Assembly (NCBI GenBank): GCA_012026655.1
Contig: JAAILG010000021.1
Location: 1 to 64,000, forward strand
From: Hydrolagus affinis
Lineage: Eukaryota
Direction of reading: 5' to 3'
Length of the DNA: 64,000 bases
Shown here: positions 63,051 to 64,000 of the stretch, piece by piece
How the letters are laid out: the number at the start of each line of letters is the position of its first letter
Position numbering within the stretch: the first letter of the stretch is position 1
The notes under the pieces: generated by a model
The model's database searches: none
Told to the model about the DNA's origin: nothing
The model's input: the letters and a program-made list of their open reading frames with translations, nothing else
Position numbers and translations under genes: made by a program

Positions 63051-63092
63051 CTGATAAAACTCTCGAAGCCAGTTCTTTTGTAGGTTTTCAGG
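63051..63092 (-). CDS. INPP5A: INPP5A coding exon 2 (42 nt), PENLQKNWLREFYQ
   Basis: Minus strand reads ttttgcag|CCTGAAAACCTACAAAAGAACTGGCTTCGAGAGTTTTATCAG|gtagga. Confidence 0.96.
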
Positions 63093-63246
63093 CTGCAAAA
63101 CAAAAGGTTGAACAACAGGTAAATAAAATGTTCACAAAAGGCATAAAGTGAGTTTGTGCTTTTTGATACCCTGAAAGCTACTGAAGGAATATTGAATATT
63201 CTGCTAAAACTTTTCAAAAAATAATTCTTGTGAAAAATGATTCTTT

Positions 63247-63480
63247 AACAACAACAAAATTACATTTGTATAGCGCCTTTCATGTCAGGAGGATGTCCCA
63301 AGGCGCAAAGGGAACCAAATTATAATACTCTTTGCATTTAATACCGTGCCTTTCATGCCAGAAGGACATATTAAAATGCTAAACAGAATTTACTATAAAG
63401 TGTATTTTTGTAGGAACACAGCAGTCAATTTTCACACAGCAGTGTCCCCCAAACATCTATGAAATTAATGAACCATTTTG
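63247..63480 (-). mobile_element. L2 tail (63247-63306) followed by a family A SINE 3' half (63325-63480)
   Basis: aacaacaacaaaattacatttgtatagcgcctttcatgtcaggaggatgtcccaaggcgc, then tttgcatttaatacc...cacagcagtgtcccccaaaca. Confidence 0.8.
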
Positions 63481-64000
63481 TTTATGGGATTGTTGGCCAG
63501 GACTCTTTGTGAGAAAACCATGAGATGAGCAGGCAGATGGGATCGTTAACATCAATTAACTATTTCATTTCAATCAAACTGTTGAAGAAGATCTTGGAAG
63601 AAATACAGAAATGACATATTTTTGTTTGGAAAATAGCTTTCTCCAAAAAAAAGCCATGAAATATTTCCTGTTCTGTAGAATTGCACTATGTTAACTGCAT
63701 CAACAAGTGGTAATAGAAATGAGATTTATTTAGATCATTCTAAACAGCTATTAGATATTAAAAACTGATTGATGTACTTGTCACTATGCTCTGCATGCCT
63801 CGTGAGTAATTAGACTCAACACAAGGAACATCTCCAGTTATTTACCCTTGATCTGTGCGGGTCTGTAAAACTGATTTTCTCCCTGTATCTTTTGAAGCCA
63901 ATGATTCAAACTGTTGTCAGCTGCATCAGAAATGGAGACCAAATTTTATGAAGCTTGGATATTGGCACTTTGATCTATTGCCCCCCTTTAGAACCTGTTA

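Larger units (their letters stand above)
7360..63092 (-). other. INPP5A: INPP5A gene, partial span (coding exons 2-6 with introns of about 17.4, 1.3, 34.7 and 2.0 kb)
   Basis: Five exons join in frame with intron phases 0, 2, 0, 1 to give PENLQKNWLREFYQAVHTHKPHFIALHCQEVGGKNYEASMTHVDNFVKELLSSDEMKEYNRARVYLDENYKSQEHFTALGNLYFLHESLKNTYQFDFKAKKYKKVTGKEIYSETLESTPMLEKEKFPKDYFPE. This is near-identical to the N-terminal part of vertebrate INPP5A as I recall it. Confidence 0.97.

Noticed and set aside
1-64000. The supplied six-frame ORFs as stand-alone genes or a prokaryote-style operon, defence or CRISPR system
   Set aside because: The DNA is vertebrate intron. The ORFs are short, and they are either unrecognisable or frames of decayed L2, CR1, SINE or Penelope copies. 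There is no regularly spaced repeat-spacer array.

Overview
This is eukaryotic vertebrate genomic DNA, not prokaryotic: AT-rich and CpG-depleted. The repeat content (tRNA/Deu-domain SINEs with L2-type tails, L2, CR1, Penelope) points to a cartilaginous fish, possibly a holocephalan such as Callorhinchus; this is an inference. The whole window lies inside one minus-strand gene, INPP5A (type I inositol-1,4,5-trisphosphate 5-phosphatase). Five coding exons of 42, 101, 88, 64 and 104 nt have canonical GT-AG sites and splice into 133 uninterrupted codons (PENLQKNWLREFYQ...FPKDYFPE). They match human INPP5A exons 2-6 as I recall them; exon 1 and exons 7 onward were not found and presumably lie outside. 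The rest is intron. The supplied ORFs are chance ORFs or decayed retroelement frames. The most notable extras are: a 48-nt in-frame cassette-exon candidate in intron 4; a nested transposon cluster with a Penelope copy carrying a minimal hammerhead ribozyme motif, an 81-bp foldback insert and a hAT-Charlie MITE with a perfect 8-bp TSD; a CpG-rich inverted-repeat element with a TTAGGG-like core; recurrent inverted duplications at the same SINE motif; compensatory changes among L2/SINE 3' stem-loops; and three co-oriented CTCF-like motifs. I cannot support a wholly new multi-gene system from the sequence alone. Exon coordinates are exact; most repeat boundaries are approximate.
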